A stretch of 64,000 nucleotides of DNA from Bacteroidota bacterium (GCA_021286895.1 JAJTBN010000001.1:705-64704), one strand, 5' to 3'. Counted from the first letter of the stretch, positions 1-8,749 are shown. Program-made: numbers and translations. The notes: generated from the letters alone by a model not told the origin.

Positions 1-2
1 CG

Positions 3-1091
3 TTGACCCGCGCGTTAAATACAAATAAAGTGAAAGAAAAGAAAAAGGAAAAATATAACTCAATATTAAGCAGGCGCTGGAAAAGATTCCGCGGCCTGAA
101 GCGGGGTTATTATTCCTTTCTCGCGTTGTGCGCACTGTATTTGCTTTCGTTTATTCTTCCTCTATTCGTCGGCAGGGACGCGCTCCTTGTGAAATACAAC
201 GGTTCGTATTATTTTCCGGTCTTCAAATTTTACGCTTCCGAAACATTCGGACAGAAAATATTCGGCGAAGCGAATTACAGAATACTGAAAAAAACTTTCA
301 GTGATTCCAAAACCGGTAATTACGTAATCATGCCGCTCTATCCCTTCGGGCCTAATGAAAACCTTCTCGATGAATTGCAGGGCGCTCCTCCGCACCCGCC
401 TTCCGCCGTGCATATTCTCGGCACCGACGACAGGGGCAGGGATGTGTTCGCGAGGCTTGCTTACGGTTTTAATATTTCAATTTCTTTCGCTCTCTTGATT
501 ACAGCCGTATCGTTTCTTATAGGGATTATTTCGGGCGCGCTTCTCGGTTATTTCGGAGGAAAGTTCGACGCGTTCGGACAGCGGATAATTGAAATCTGGT
601 CTACTCTGCCGCTGCTTTATATTATTATGATACTGAGTTCGGTTATCGCTCCGGGTTTTATTACGCTTTGCTTTATCATGATTCTTTTCGGATGGACAGG
701 CATAACTTATTATGTAAGAGCGGAAGTTTACAGGGAAAAAGGAAAAGATTATGTCCTTGCCGCCGTATCCGGCGGCGCGCCTGACAGGCATATAATCTTC
801 AGGCATATTATACCCAATTCGCTTACATCCGTAATTTCTTTCGCTCCGTTCGCGATTGTTGCGAACATTATGTCGCTCGTAGCCCTGGACTTTCTCGGTT
901 TCGGCCTGCAGCCTCCGACTCCGAGCTGGGGAGAAATGATTAGCCAGGGAATGGGCAATCTTAACTACTGGTGGCTCACCGTTTTCCCTCTCGGAACTCA
1001 GTTCCTAACTTTGCTCGCGGTCGTGTTTATCGGAGAGAGCGTACGCGAAGCGATGGACCCGCGTGAATATTACAGGATAGGAGGACGATGA
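3..1091 (+). CDS. ABC transporter permease, oligopeptide/dipeptide (OppC/DppC/YejE-like) family; true start uncertain
   Basis: 362-aa ORF with multiple hydrophobic helices. The N-terminal RRWKRFRGLKRGYYSF segment resembles YejE-type permeases. The stop overlaps the next ATPase start (ATGA at 1088-1091). The ORF begins with a TTG 3 nt from the window edge, so the 5' end may be incomplete. Confidence 0.8.
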   Translation: MTRALNTNKVKEKKKEKYNSILSRRWKRFRGLKRGYYSFLALCALYLLSFILPLFVGRDALLVKYNGSYYFPVFKFYASETFGQKIFGEANYRILKKTFSDSKTGNYVIMPLYPFGPNENLLDELQGAPPHPPSAVHILGTDDRGRDVFARLAYGFNISISFALLITAVSFLIGIISGALLGYFGGKFDAFGQRIIEIWSTLPLLYIIMILSSVIAPGFITLCFIMILFGWTGITYYVRAEVYREKGKDYVLAAVSGGAPDRHIIFRHIIPNSLTSVISFAPFAIVANIMSLVALDFLGFGLQPPTPSWGEMISQGMGNLNYWWLTVFPLGTQFLTLLAVVFIGESVREAMDPREYYRIGGR

Positions 1092-2062
1092 AAAAAATTC
1101 TGCTTGAAATAAAAAACCTTAACGTAAGTTTTAACCCGGGAAAGAATGAGGTTAAAGCGGTAAGAAACCTTAACCTCGAAGTTTATGAGGGCGAAATACT
1201 CGGCATCGTAGGCGAATCAGGCTCGGGCAAATCCGTAACCGCTTATTCCGTACTCGGTCTTATACCCGAACCTCCCGGCAAAACGGAATCGGACGGAATT
1301 ATTTATAAAGGCGAAGATTTAAGAAAATTGTCTTTCGAAAAAATGAGAAAGATAAGGGGACGCAAAATATCAATGGTGTTTCAGGAACCCGGTTCCTCTC
1401 TGAATCCCGTAATGACTATAAGGTCGCAGATGACGGAAATCTTCAGAGCGCATACTGACTTTGACAAAGAAACAATCCCGGCTAAATCCGTAGAACTTCT
1501 GAGGAGCGCGGGCATTCCCGACCCCGGAAAAAGAATAAACGAATATCCCGGAAGCCTTAGCGGCGGCATGCAGCAGAGGGTAATGATTGCGATGGCGCTC
1601 GCGTGCAACCCGTCTCTGCTGATAGCGGACGAGCCGACTACATCGCTCGATGTTACAGTTCAGGCGCAGATACTTGATTTAATACAGTCCCTTAAAGATG
1701 AAAATAAAATTACGTCCGTAATTCTGATAACGCATAACATGGGCATCGTTGCGGAAATGTGCAGCCGTGTCGCGGTAATGTTCGGAGGCGTCATTGTAGA
1801 GTTGGCGGGCGTTAAAGAAATATTTGAAAACCCGCTGCATCCTTATACGAAAAATCTTCTTGAATCAATTCCGGTTCTGGGAAAACCCGCCCGCGTTACA
1901 ACTCCGCCCGTCCGGGCAAAATCGGATAAGAATACCGGCTTAAATACAGGCTGTGTGTTTCGCTGCAGATGCGCGTCGGCGATGGAAGTGTGCGGGATTA
2001 AAGAGCCGTCAATGAAAGAAATATCAGGAGAGCATAGCGTGAGGTGTTTTTTGTATGAGTAA
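1088..2062 (+). CDS. ABC transporter ATP-binding protein (OppD/DppD-like)
   Basis: Walker A GESGSGKS, ABC signature LSGGMQQR and Walker B LLIADEPTTSLD are present. The Cys-containing C-terminal extension is typical of oligopeptide-type ATPases. Translationally coupled to both neighbours. Confidence 0.9.
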   Translation: MKKILLEIKNLNVSFNPGKNEVKAVRNLNLEVYEGEILGIVGESGSGKSVTAYSVLGLIPEPPGKTESDGIIYKGEDLRKLSFEKMRKIRGRKISMVFQEPGSSLNPVMTIRSQMTEIFRAHTDFDKETIPAKSVELLRSAGIPDPGKRINEYPGSLSGGMQQRVMIAMALACNPSLLIADEPTTSLDVTVQAQILDLIQSLKDENKITSVILITHNMGIVAEMCSRVAVMFGGVIVELAGVKEIFENPLHPYTKNLLESIPVLGKPARVTTPPVRAKSDKNTGLNTGCVFRCRCASAMEVCGIKEPSMKEISGEHSVRCFLYE

Positions 2063-3047
2063 CCTGATTGAAATATCAAATTTTTCCGTCGCTTATCCTT
2101 CGGGACACGGCAGGTTCTTCTCTAAAGAGAAGTTTACCGCCGTTGACAATGTCAGCATAAGCGTCGCTGACGGGGAATCGCACGGGCTTGCAGGCGAATC
2201 CGGCAGCGGAAAAACCACCGTCGCTAAAGCAATCGGCAGCCTTCTGCGCTTCAACAATCCCGGAATAAAAATATCCGGAAGCATTAACATGAACATAGAC
2301 GGGAAAATATACGATATCCTGAACATGAAAACGTCGGAGATGAACAGACTGAGAAAGTCCGTTCAGTTTATTTTTCAGGACCCTAACAGCTGCCTTAATC
2401 CGAGGCTCAACGTCGGACGGATAATCGAAGAGCCGCTGAGGTATTTCACGAAAGCGGGAAAAGCCGAACGGATAAAACGCGCGATGTCGCTTCTCGAAAA
2501 AACCGGACTCGATGAGGATATGTATTACAGGTACCCGCACGAACTTTCCGGCGGACAGAAGCAGAGAGCGGGAATCGCGAGGGCGCTGGCATCCGGACCG
2601 CGCGTTCTTATAGCCGATGAGCCGCTGTCTTCGCTCGACGTTACAGTGCAGGCGCAGATAATCGGACTCTTTAATGAACTGAAAAAAGATTTCAACCTTA
2701 CTCTGATTTTTGTCTCGCACGACCTTTCCGTAATTGAAAGCCTTTGCGGCGAAGTTACAGTTATGTACATGGGAAAAGTAATGGAGCAGGGCAGATGCGC
2801 AGGCGTTTTTTCCAGCCCGAAACATCCGTACACAAAGGCGTTGATAGCATCCGTTCCGGTTCCGGAATACAAAGGAGCGAGAAAGGAAAGAAAACTTCTG
2901 AAAGACGATATGCCTTCATCTATTCACAGGCCCGAAGGATGCGTGTTTTGCGCGCGCTGCCCGTCCGCCGCCGATATATGCCTAAAAACTCAGCCGCCGT
3001 TCAGGATAACGGATGACGGCAGAAAATCCGCCTGCCATTTCGATTAA
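2055..3047 (+). CDS. ABC transporter ATP-binding protein (OppF/DppF-like)
   Basis: Walker A GESGSGKTT, signature LSGGQKQR and Walker B VLIADEPLSSLD are present, followed by a C-terminal CxxC-containing tail. Overlaps the upstream gene by 8 nt. Confidence 0.9.
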   Translation: MSNLIEISNFSVAYPSGHGRFFSKEKFTAVDNVSISVADGESHGLAGESGSGKTTVAKAIGSLLRFNNPGIKISGSINMNIDGKIYDILNMKTSEMNRLRKSVQFIFQDPNSCLNPRLNVGRIIEEPLRYFTKAGKAERIKRAMSLLEKTGLDEDMYYRYPHELSGGQKQRAGIARALASGPRVLIADEPLSSLDVTVQAQIIGLFNELKKDFNLTLIFVSHDLSVIESLCGEVTVMYMGKVMEQGRCAGVFSSPKHPYTKALIASVPVPEYKGARKERKLLKDDMPSSIHRPEGCVFCARCPSAADICLKTQPPFRITDDGRKSACHFD

Positions 3048-3144
3048 ACCTGCGTTGTATTCTCCCCTGAGAAATTTAAAAAATGCGAAACAAAGGGAAC
3101 GTTTCTGCGTTTCGGAAGTATAAGAATAAAGATATCTTTACATT

Positions 3145-4155
3145 ATGAAAAAACAAAACACAATAGCGCGTGTTTTATTGCTGCTTCTTCCTTTTCTGTC
3201 CGCGTTTATGTACGGCTGCGAACGCGACGACGTTGTATCGTATGAAAACAACCAGTTGACGCTTGTCGGCAGATACGGCGGACAGGGTACATACCTGAAT
3301 TCCTTCATCATGAAAATCGGCAGTACCGATTATTCCTTCCTTGCCGCGGGCAATAACGGACTGCAGATATTTGACGTTACGAATAAATCACAGCCTGTGC
3401 CGGTCGTGGGTTACAATATAACTGGATTCGTTGAAGAGACGTATTCATGTAAATTCGGAAACACTCCGTACGTCTTTATAGCGGGCGGCTCGGGCGGAGT
3501 CAGCGTTCTTGACATGTCGGATATGAACGCAGCGGTTCTGGATACTCTTCTTTCGGTTCAGGGCGATTATTTCAACACAGTCTTCGCCGATACATCCGCG
3601 AAAATCCTTTACGCGGGCGGCAACGGCAAAACCATGTATCTTTTCGATATCTCGAACCTGCCGAACGTGACGAAGATAAGCCAGTATCAGACTTTCAGCA
3701 TCATAAACAAAATTACGGTAAAGAACAGTATCGCGTACGTGGTTCAGGACCAGGGTATTGATATCGTCACTGTTTCAAATCCTCAGTCGCCTTCAAGGCT
3801 GTCTCAGGGAATGTCAGACCATTACGCTTACGACATAGCGATAACGGGCAACATCGCCGCTATCGCCAACGACAACAACGGCGTGCTCATACTCGATATC
3901 AGCAATCCGTCGAGTCCGGTGCAGATGAGTTTCCTGAATACCGACGACGTGGCAATCGCGGTAGCAGTTGACGGCAATACGGTATATGTAGCAGAAGACG
4001 ACAGCGGAGTCGAGGCTTTCAACATATCGAATCCGTCGAACCCATCTTACATTGCGGATTATGTCACTTCCGGAAACGCCGTGGGAATCACGCAGTATTC
4101 CGGGTATGTGTTCGTGTCGGATAATTCGGATTATCTGATACTTCAATATCCTTAA
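3145..4155 (+). CDS. LVIVD-repeat beta-propeller lipoprotein
   Basis: Signal peptide with a lipobox-like FMYGC. Repeated segments GLQIFDVTN, GVSVLDMSD, MYLFDISN, GIDIVTVSNPQSP, GVLILDISNPSSP and GVEAFNISNPSNP match the LVIVD repeat pattern. Confidence 0.65.
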   Translation: MKKQNTIARVLLLLLPFLSAFMYGCERDDVVSYENNQLTLVGRYGGQGTYLNSFIMKIGSTDYSFLAAGNNGLQIFDVTNKSQPVPVVGYNITGFVEETYSCKFGNTPYVFIAGGSGGVSVLDMSDMNAAVLDTLLSVQGDYFNTVFADTSAKILYAGGNGKTMYLFDISNLPNVTKISQYQTFSIINKITVKNSIAYVVQDQGIDIVTVSNPQSPSRLSQGMSDHYAYDIAITGNIAAIANDNNGVLILDISNPSSPVQMSFLNTDDVAIAVAVDGNTVYVAEDDSGVEAFNISNPSNPSYIADYVTSGNAVGITQYSGYVFVSDNSDYLILQYP

Positions 4156-4190
4156 CCGGAGAAATTCCGGATACAAATTAATGCCAAATA

Positions 4191-4230
4191 AAAAAGCGCT
4201 TACTCCGAAAGGAATAAGCGCTTAAATATT
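4191..4230. terminator. Bidirectional intrinsic terminator between convergent genes
   Basis: Stem AGCGCTTA (4195-4202) pairs with TAAGCGCT (4215-4222). It is flanked by an A-run on the left and a T-rich tract on the right. Confidence 0.5.
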
Positions 4231-4241
4231 TTGCGGAAATG

Positions 4242-5435
4242 TTAACAGCCGCCTACCACTCTCTTTGTCTTCGTGGTTTCGCTTCCCTGTTGTTTCTTCG
4301 CGCTCTGTATAAGCGCCGGGAGTACCGTACTTGCTTTCTCCCTGAATTTATACGTGTCCGCGTCGTTCCTGCTAATTTCGCCCGAAGGCATCTTGAAATC
4401 GAGTATTGTCGATTTGAACTCCCCGAATCCGCCTTTGAGAATCGATATATCCTGATAGCCGAGTACTCTTGCGATATACGCGGCTTTCATTTCATCCGCT
4501 TCCGTATCGCCGATGAATATTTTTTGCGTGCTCTTAAGCGATAGTTTTTTCTTCGCGTCTTTTCCGAAAAGGAATTCGTATGTTACGTTGTCGCTTTGCG
4601 GGAGAGCAAGTTCCTTGAAGTTTTCTTTGCTTCTGAGGTCGAACAGAACAATGTTATCGTTCTGGTCTATCAGCCTGTACGCGAGTTCATCCGGCGACAT
4701 TTTTTTGTAATCAATCTTAGATACAACCGCGGGATCTTTCGCGTTATTCAGAACCGAACTCTGTTTCTCGGGCAGAAGGAAAGCGCTGAGTCCTATCAGA
4801 ATCACAATTCCCGCTATTAAAAGATATTTCTTTTCCGGCTGAAGTTCGGGGTCAGGCTTTCCGTTTACCTTGCTTTCAATCTTCGTAACCACTATGAACG
4901 CGGTCACGGCGATGAGTATCAGCAGAAAAGCGAAAAGACTCTGCGACATATTAAGCGATTCGAAAATCCTCGGGCTTCCGAGAAATCCCGCTTTGTAAAG
5001 ACCTTCGAACGAGGGATAAAATTCCGCGAAAGCGAAAACGCCGAGAAGCGAGCCAAGCACGAAAAACATAGCGTCAACCTTACCGATTGCCGCGGCGCAA
5101 ACGCCGGTGCCGGGGCAGAACCCGCCAATTACGAAACCGAGACCCATGATAAGCCCGCCGACGATAGCCGACTGCAGGTATGTCGGATTGATGTATATTA
5201 TGTTCAGGTCGAGAAGCCCGAAATGTCCGAGCAGAACAACTCCGAACATCGCGGTGATTCCTGCCGTGAAGAATACTCTCAGAACAGTGAAGTCGTAACC
5301 GTAGAAAAGTCCCACGAGTTTTCTTGAGGTTGAAAAACCTGCCTGCTCGAGAATGAACCCGAACCCGATGCCGATTAAAAGCGCTACTATAAAATTAAGT
5401 TCGTTGCCGATTAAATCAGGGACTAATGGTGCCAT
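4242..5435 (-). CDS. YeeE/YedE-family sulfur-transport membrane protein fused to a C-terminal rhodanese-like domain lacking the catalytic Cys
   Basis: The N-terminal ~200 aa are Gly-rich polytopic membrane helices (GGFCPGTGVCAAA motif) typical of YeeE/YedE. The C-terminal ~130 aa have a rhodanese fold signature (ILKGGFGEF), but the active-site position reads IFIGDTEADE. The protein ends in VVGGC. Confidence 0.7.
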   Translation of the reverse strand: MAPLVPDLIGNELNFIVALLIGIGFGFILEQAGFSTSRKLVGLFYGYDFTVLRVFFTAGITAMFGVVLLGHFGLLDLNIIYINPTYLQSAIVGGLIMGLGFVIGGFCPGTGVCAAAIGKVDAMFFVLGSLLGVFAFAEFYPSFEGLYKAGFLGSPRIFESLNMSQSLFAFLLILIAVTAFIVVTKIESKVNGKPDPELQPEKKYLLIAGIVILIGLSAFLLPEKQSSVLNNAKDPAVVSKIDYKKMSPDELAYRLIDQNDNIVLFDLRSKENFKELALPQSDNVTYEFLFGKDAKKKLSLKSTQKIFIGDTEADEMKAAYIARVLGYQDISILKGGFGEFKSTILDFKMPSGEISRNDADTYKFREKASTVLPALIQSAKKQQGSETTKTKRVVGGC

Positions 5436-5439
5436 AATG

Positions 5440-5964
5440 TTATCCTTTCGTTATCCATAATTTTCTGAAAAAGAACGCGAAAGCATACGCGCCGCCGAAT
5501 ATCGCGGCCATTGTAATCAGTCCGCCCGTTGAAAGCACCGCCATGCCGCTGAGAGCGGCGCCGCTCGTGCATCCGCGGCCTAACTGCGAACCGAGTCCGA
5601 ACAGCGCTCCGCCGAGAAGCGCCGTAAAAATACGGATGCCTCTGGTGGATTGTCCCCTGAGTTCGAATTTCAGTTTTAGCCTGTTGGAGATTAATCCGGA
5701 TACAAACGCTCCAATTATAACTCCGACGACCTCGAATACGAGCCAGTTCTTCAAAGGTCCGTCCTGATGCTCCTGCATGTATTCACTGTAGAATTTCGAG
5801 GACCCGACATGCGAAGGCGAGATGATGTTCGCGATTTCGACAACGGCGCTCTTGACCGCTCCGCTGGCTCCGAGACCCCTGCCCGTTATGAATATGGTTA
5901 CAAGAAGAAGCAGACCCAGCAGGAAACCCGCCAGGTATGGATTCATATATTTTTTTTCTTCCAT
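5440..5964 (-). CDS. YeeE/YedE-family sulfur-transport membrane protein (small half)
   Basis: 174-aa membrane protein with GRGLGASG and GRGCTSGAALSG motifs characteristic of the sulphur-transport (YeeE/YedE) family. Sits 4 nt upstream of the partner gene. Confidence 0.75.
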   Translation of the reverse strand: MEEKKYMNPYLAGFLLGLLLLVTIFITGRGLGASGAVKSAVVEIANIISPSHVGSSKFYSEYMQEHQDGPLKNWLVFEVVGVIIGAFVSGLISNRLKLKFELRGQSTRGIRIFTALLGGALFGLGSQLGRGCTSGAALSGMAVLSTGGLITMAAIFGGAYAFAFFFRKLWITKG

Positions 5965-5975
5965 CTTATAGAAAA

Positions 5976-6632
5976 TTATTTTGTTTGCTGATTGAGTTTT
6001 GTTTCTTCCGCGCTTTCTTCCCCGTCCTGTTCAACGTCTTCGTATCCTATTATCATTGCCTTAAGGTTTGACGTGACCGTCGAGCCTGTTGTTATAAGGT
6101 ACACATGCGCTATCACAAAAGCGACAAGCATAAACGCGCCGATTGTGTGAAGCAGCGCCACGGGTTCGAGTGATTCAAGGTTAAGCGTCTCTATCTTGTT
6201 CTGCTGCGGATACCTGTAAAACATGTACATAAGCCCCGATAAGACCATAATCGGAATTACAAGAACCTTAAGCCCGAGATAAACGAGTTTTTGCAGGGGA
6301 TTCAGTTTTGTTAGCACGGTCTTCTTTGTCGGATGCGGCTCGTTTCTGAAAATTCCGAATATGTAATAATTCATCTGCGCCCTGATGTGTTCCGTCGTCG
6401 GGAGGTACTGTCTCCATTCGCCCGTTGTCAGGTGCCAGAAAATCGCGAAGACGATAAGAACTATAAAAGCGTATGCCGCTGTTTTATGGTATGAAACGGC
6501 GTTCTGAAAACCGAAAAACTTAAACGTACCGTGGATTTCGAAACCCGTAAGCATCAGTATGAAAATCAGAAATGCCTGAGTCCAGTGCCAGAATCTTTCG
6601 AAAGCCCTGTATATATATATTTTATTTTTCAT
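5976..6632 (-). CDS. b-type cytochrome, membrane subunit (Ni/Fe-hydrogenase b-type cytochrome / cytochrome b561-like family)
   Basis: 218 aa with four predicted helices, an N-terminal ERFWHWTQAFLIF motif and conserved His residues in the helices. The start overlaps the octaheme cytochrome stop by 11 nt. Confidence 0.7.
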   Translation of the reverse strand: MKNKIYIYRAFERFWHWTQAFLIFILMLTGFEIHGTFKFFGFQNAVSYHKTAAYAFIVLIVFAIFWHLTTGEWRQYLPTTEHIRAQMNYYIFGIFRNEPHPTKKTVLTKLNPLQKLVYLGLKVLVIPIMVLSGLMYMFYRYPQQNKIETLNLESLEPVALLHTIGAFMLVAFVIAHVYLITTGSTVTSNLKAMIIGYEDVEQDGEESAEETKLNQQTK

Positions 6633-8199
6633 TTTGTTTTTTCCTTTTGCCCGAAAATTTTATTCTGAGAATGCCGTGCGCCGCCGTGCCGAGCAGCGTA
6701 AGGATTATTACTGCCGTTCCGCCTGTTTCTATTATCGGATTATAGTCTCTTGCCGGCATGTAGAAATCCTTCAGACCCGCGAGCCTGCTGTTGTTTCTTG
6801 TGTGACAGTCAACGCACTGAAGCGATTTTTCTTTCGTTGAAACCATGTGGTTGACCGGCCAGTACATAATTGTTTTTATAAACGATAATTTTCCGCTGAA
6901 TGGGAGGTTAACGTCCTTCATGCCTTCCGCCGCCGCGGTCTTCCAGTTGAAATCTTTCCAGAACGCGCCCTCGCCGTAATTATCGGAGAATAACTTCGGT
7001 TGAATTAGCATGCCCGTGCCCTGGTCAAACGGCTGAAGTGCGTTGTGTATCTTCACAGGAATAATTTTCGACGCTCTGTCACTGTACGAACCGTTCAATT
7101 TGTTTATTTCGACGGGCTTTGTCGTGTCCTTTATGGAATCTCCGAGAAGGTAATGTTCGGCTGTTCCGTTGAACCAGATGTAATCGGGCTTTACGTTTCT
7201 GTCCCATTTGAAAGTACCCTTAATCGAGAGATATGTGTGGTTGCCGAGACTGTCGTCTTCTTCGTACGGCTCGCCGTCTTTGAGTTTACCGGCTGTCGAC
7301 CAGTCCCATTCCATTTTAGTCGAGTTAGCTTTCGCGTAAACGGGGATATGGCAGGTCTGGCAGGCAACTTTGACGGTGTGCTCGTTCAGGATTGTCTCGT
7401 TGTGCGGGCTGGCTGTATGGCACTGCTCGCAGGTCGAACGGTCCTGATTGTTTGAGGAAAGCGAATAAACTCTGCCGAGCATTTTATGCTTCTTCGTAAC
7501 GTGGCATGCCGCGCACTGCAGGTCCGGTCCGCTGACGTCCATGTGAACGTCAATGTCCCGCGCAGACTCGAACATCGCCTTGTCCAGATCGCCGTGCTTT
7601 ACGTTGTTACCGCCTCCGCCGAAAAAGTGGCAGACGCCGCAGTTCGAACGCTTTGACTTGCCCACGTGCCGCGCGATTTCACTGAGGTCAAGTTTGTTGT
7701 CTGGATAACCGCCCATTTCGTTCGCCTTCGCGTACGTTTCCGTGTTGTCGTGGCAAACCATGCAGTCGATATTCTTCGCGTTGGTGTTATCGTTAACGCT
7801 GTCGGAAACGCCGAATCCCACGTGACATTTCCCGCAACTCTTCTCGTTGCCTTCGACACCGATGCAGAAATTATTAATTGCGTTCTTCTTTCCGAGGTTG
7901 ACGATGCCGCGCCCTTCGATGTATTGCTCTCTGGACCAGTTCCAGTGGCTGGAGCGCATGACTTCCTTGTGACGCTCGGTGTGGCAGCTAAGACACGCTT
8001 CGGTCACCTGCTGGGGCGAATCGAATTTCTTCTGCAGAACGGCGAATTTAGAATGATCTGCAGAGGCTGAATCCTTCTTCGACATTGTTTTCTTGAGAAT
8101 GTCAAGATTGCTGGGTTCTGTCTGATTGGACTCGAGCAGAATAATGGAAGAAATGATAACCAGCGCGATTACAATTACAATAAAAAATATTTTTTTCAT
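6622..8199 (-). CDS. Octaheme c-type cytochrome, tetrathionate-reductase (OTR) family, membrane-anchored
   Basis: Exactly eight CXXCH motifs: CLSCH, CGKCH, CMVCH, CGVCH, CAACH, CEQCH, CQTCH, CVDCH. N-terminal signal/anchor helix and a C-terminal hydrophobic helix (TAVIILTLLGTAAHGIL). Confidence 0.85.
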   Translation of the reverse strand: MKKIFFIVIVIALVIISSIILLESNQTEPSNLDILKKTMSKKDSASADHSKFAVLQKKFDSPQQVTEACLSCHTERHKEVMRSSHWNWSREQYIEGRGIVNLGKKNAINNFCIGVEGNEKSCGKCHVGFGVSDSVNDNTNAKNIDCMVCHDNTETYAKANEMGGYPDNKLDLSEIARHVGKSKRSNCGVCHFFGGGGNNVKHGDLDKAMFESARDIDVHMDVSGPDLQCAACHVTKKHKMLGRVYSLSSNNQDRSTCEQCHTASPHNETILNEHTVKVACQTCHIPVYAKANSTKMEWDWSTAGKLKDGEPYEEDDSLGNHTYLSIKGTFKWDRNVKPDYIWFNGTAEHYLLGDSIKDTTKPVEINKLNGSYSDRASKIIPVKIHNALQPFDQGTGMLIQPKLFSDNYGEGAFWKDFNWKTAAAEGMKDVNLPFSGKLSFIKTIMYWPVNHMVSTKEKSLQCVDCHTRNNSRLAGLKDFYMPARDYNPIIETGGTAVIILTLLGTAAHGILRIKFSGKRKKQNEK

Positions 8200-8257
8200 C
8201 TGAATAAATCAGTTGTTAATATGTTGGTTAACCTTTGTTCTTAGGGGAAAAAGGTTA

Positions 8258-8275
8258 AATAATTGCTATTAGCAA
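8258..8275 (-). promoter_or_regulatory. Candidate operator: 18-mer containing palindrome TTGCTA-N-TAGCAA, duplicated at 11822-11839
   Basis: AATAATTGCTATTAGCAA occurs identically at 8258-8275 and 11822-11839. Both copies are upstream of minus-strand genes (the octaheme cytochrome and OsmC). The core is a perfect 6-1-6 inverted repeat. Confidence 0.3.
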
Positions 8276-8284
8276 CTTAAATAC

Positions 8285-8736
8285 AAAAAAAACAAAAATC
8301 AACACCTTTTATCAGTTAGCAGTTAACAGTATTCTTCTGCGGCGTCAGGTGTTACCACCTGACGCGCAGGCCGGAGGCCTGCAAATCAATTAACAGTTGG
8401 CAATTAGCGGTTAACAATTAGAGCGTATCTTATATGCTGTTCGAAGTTTTTCGGACAACTTTTATATTGTCGTTCTTGTCCCCCGCTGGCGGGTGTGCGG
8501 CTTCAGCCGTGGGGGTGGGCATTCAAATTGCAGAACCCTCCCCCGGCAGCTAAAGCTGCCACCCCCTCCAAAGGGGGACACGTCTTTTACTCCTCTCCAA
8601 GTCGAAGATTCGCCGTGGCGGGCTCCAGCTTGGGAAGGCGAATTACCGTGTTGCTGCTTCCCAATCCTGAGCTTGGGAAGCAGAATATAAAGATAAGCTT
8701 TGAATATTTTTAATTTGTATTTTTGATTTTTGATAT
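8285..8736. repeat. Gene-free spacer built of heptad stop-rich words, serial GC-rich hairpins and an A/T-rich word
   Basis: Heptads: CAGTTAG/CAGTTAA and CAATTAA/CAGTTGG/CAATTAG/CGGTTAA/CAATTAG. Hairpins: CGTCAGGTG-TTAC-CACCTGACG, CAGGCC-GGA-GGCCTG, GGCAGC-TAAA-GCTGCC and GCTTCCCAA-TCCTGAG-CTTGGGAAGC. The word at 8706-8736 is shared with 29156-29185. Confidence 0.5.
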
Positions 8737-8749
8737 TTAATATTTGATA

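Noticed and set aside
2076-2825. A 249-aa ORF antisense to the second ABC ATPase gene. Similar long antisense ORFs occur at 41341-41928, 43927-44595, 27749-28261 and 55908-56477.
   Set aside because: Each lies entirely inside a confidently identified gene on the other strand. They have Arg/Ser/Phe-rich shadow-ORF composition and no recognisable motif or independent start context.
8493-8713. Two overlapping 65- and 72-aa ORFs with Pro/Gly/Trp-rich products in the 8.2-8.75 kb spacer.
   Set aside because: They are read straight through a series of GC-rich palindromic hairpins, so the amino-acid content mirrors the hairpin sequence. No ribosome-binding context is present.
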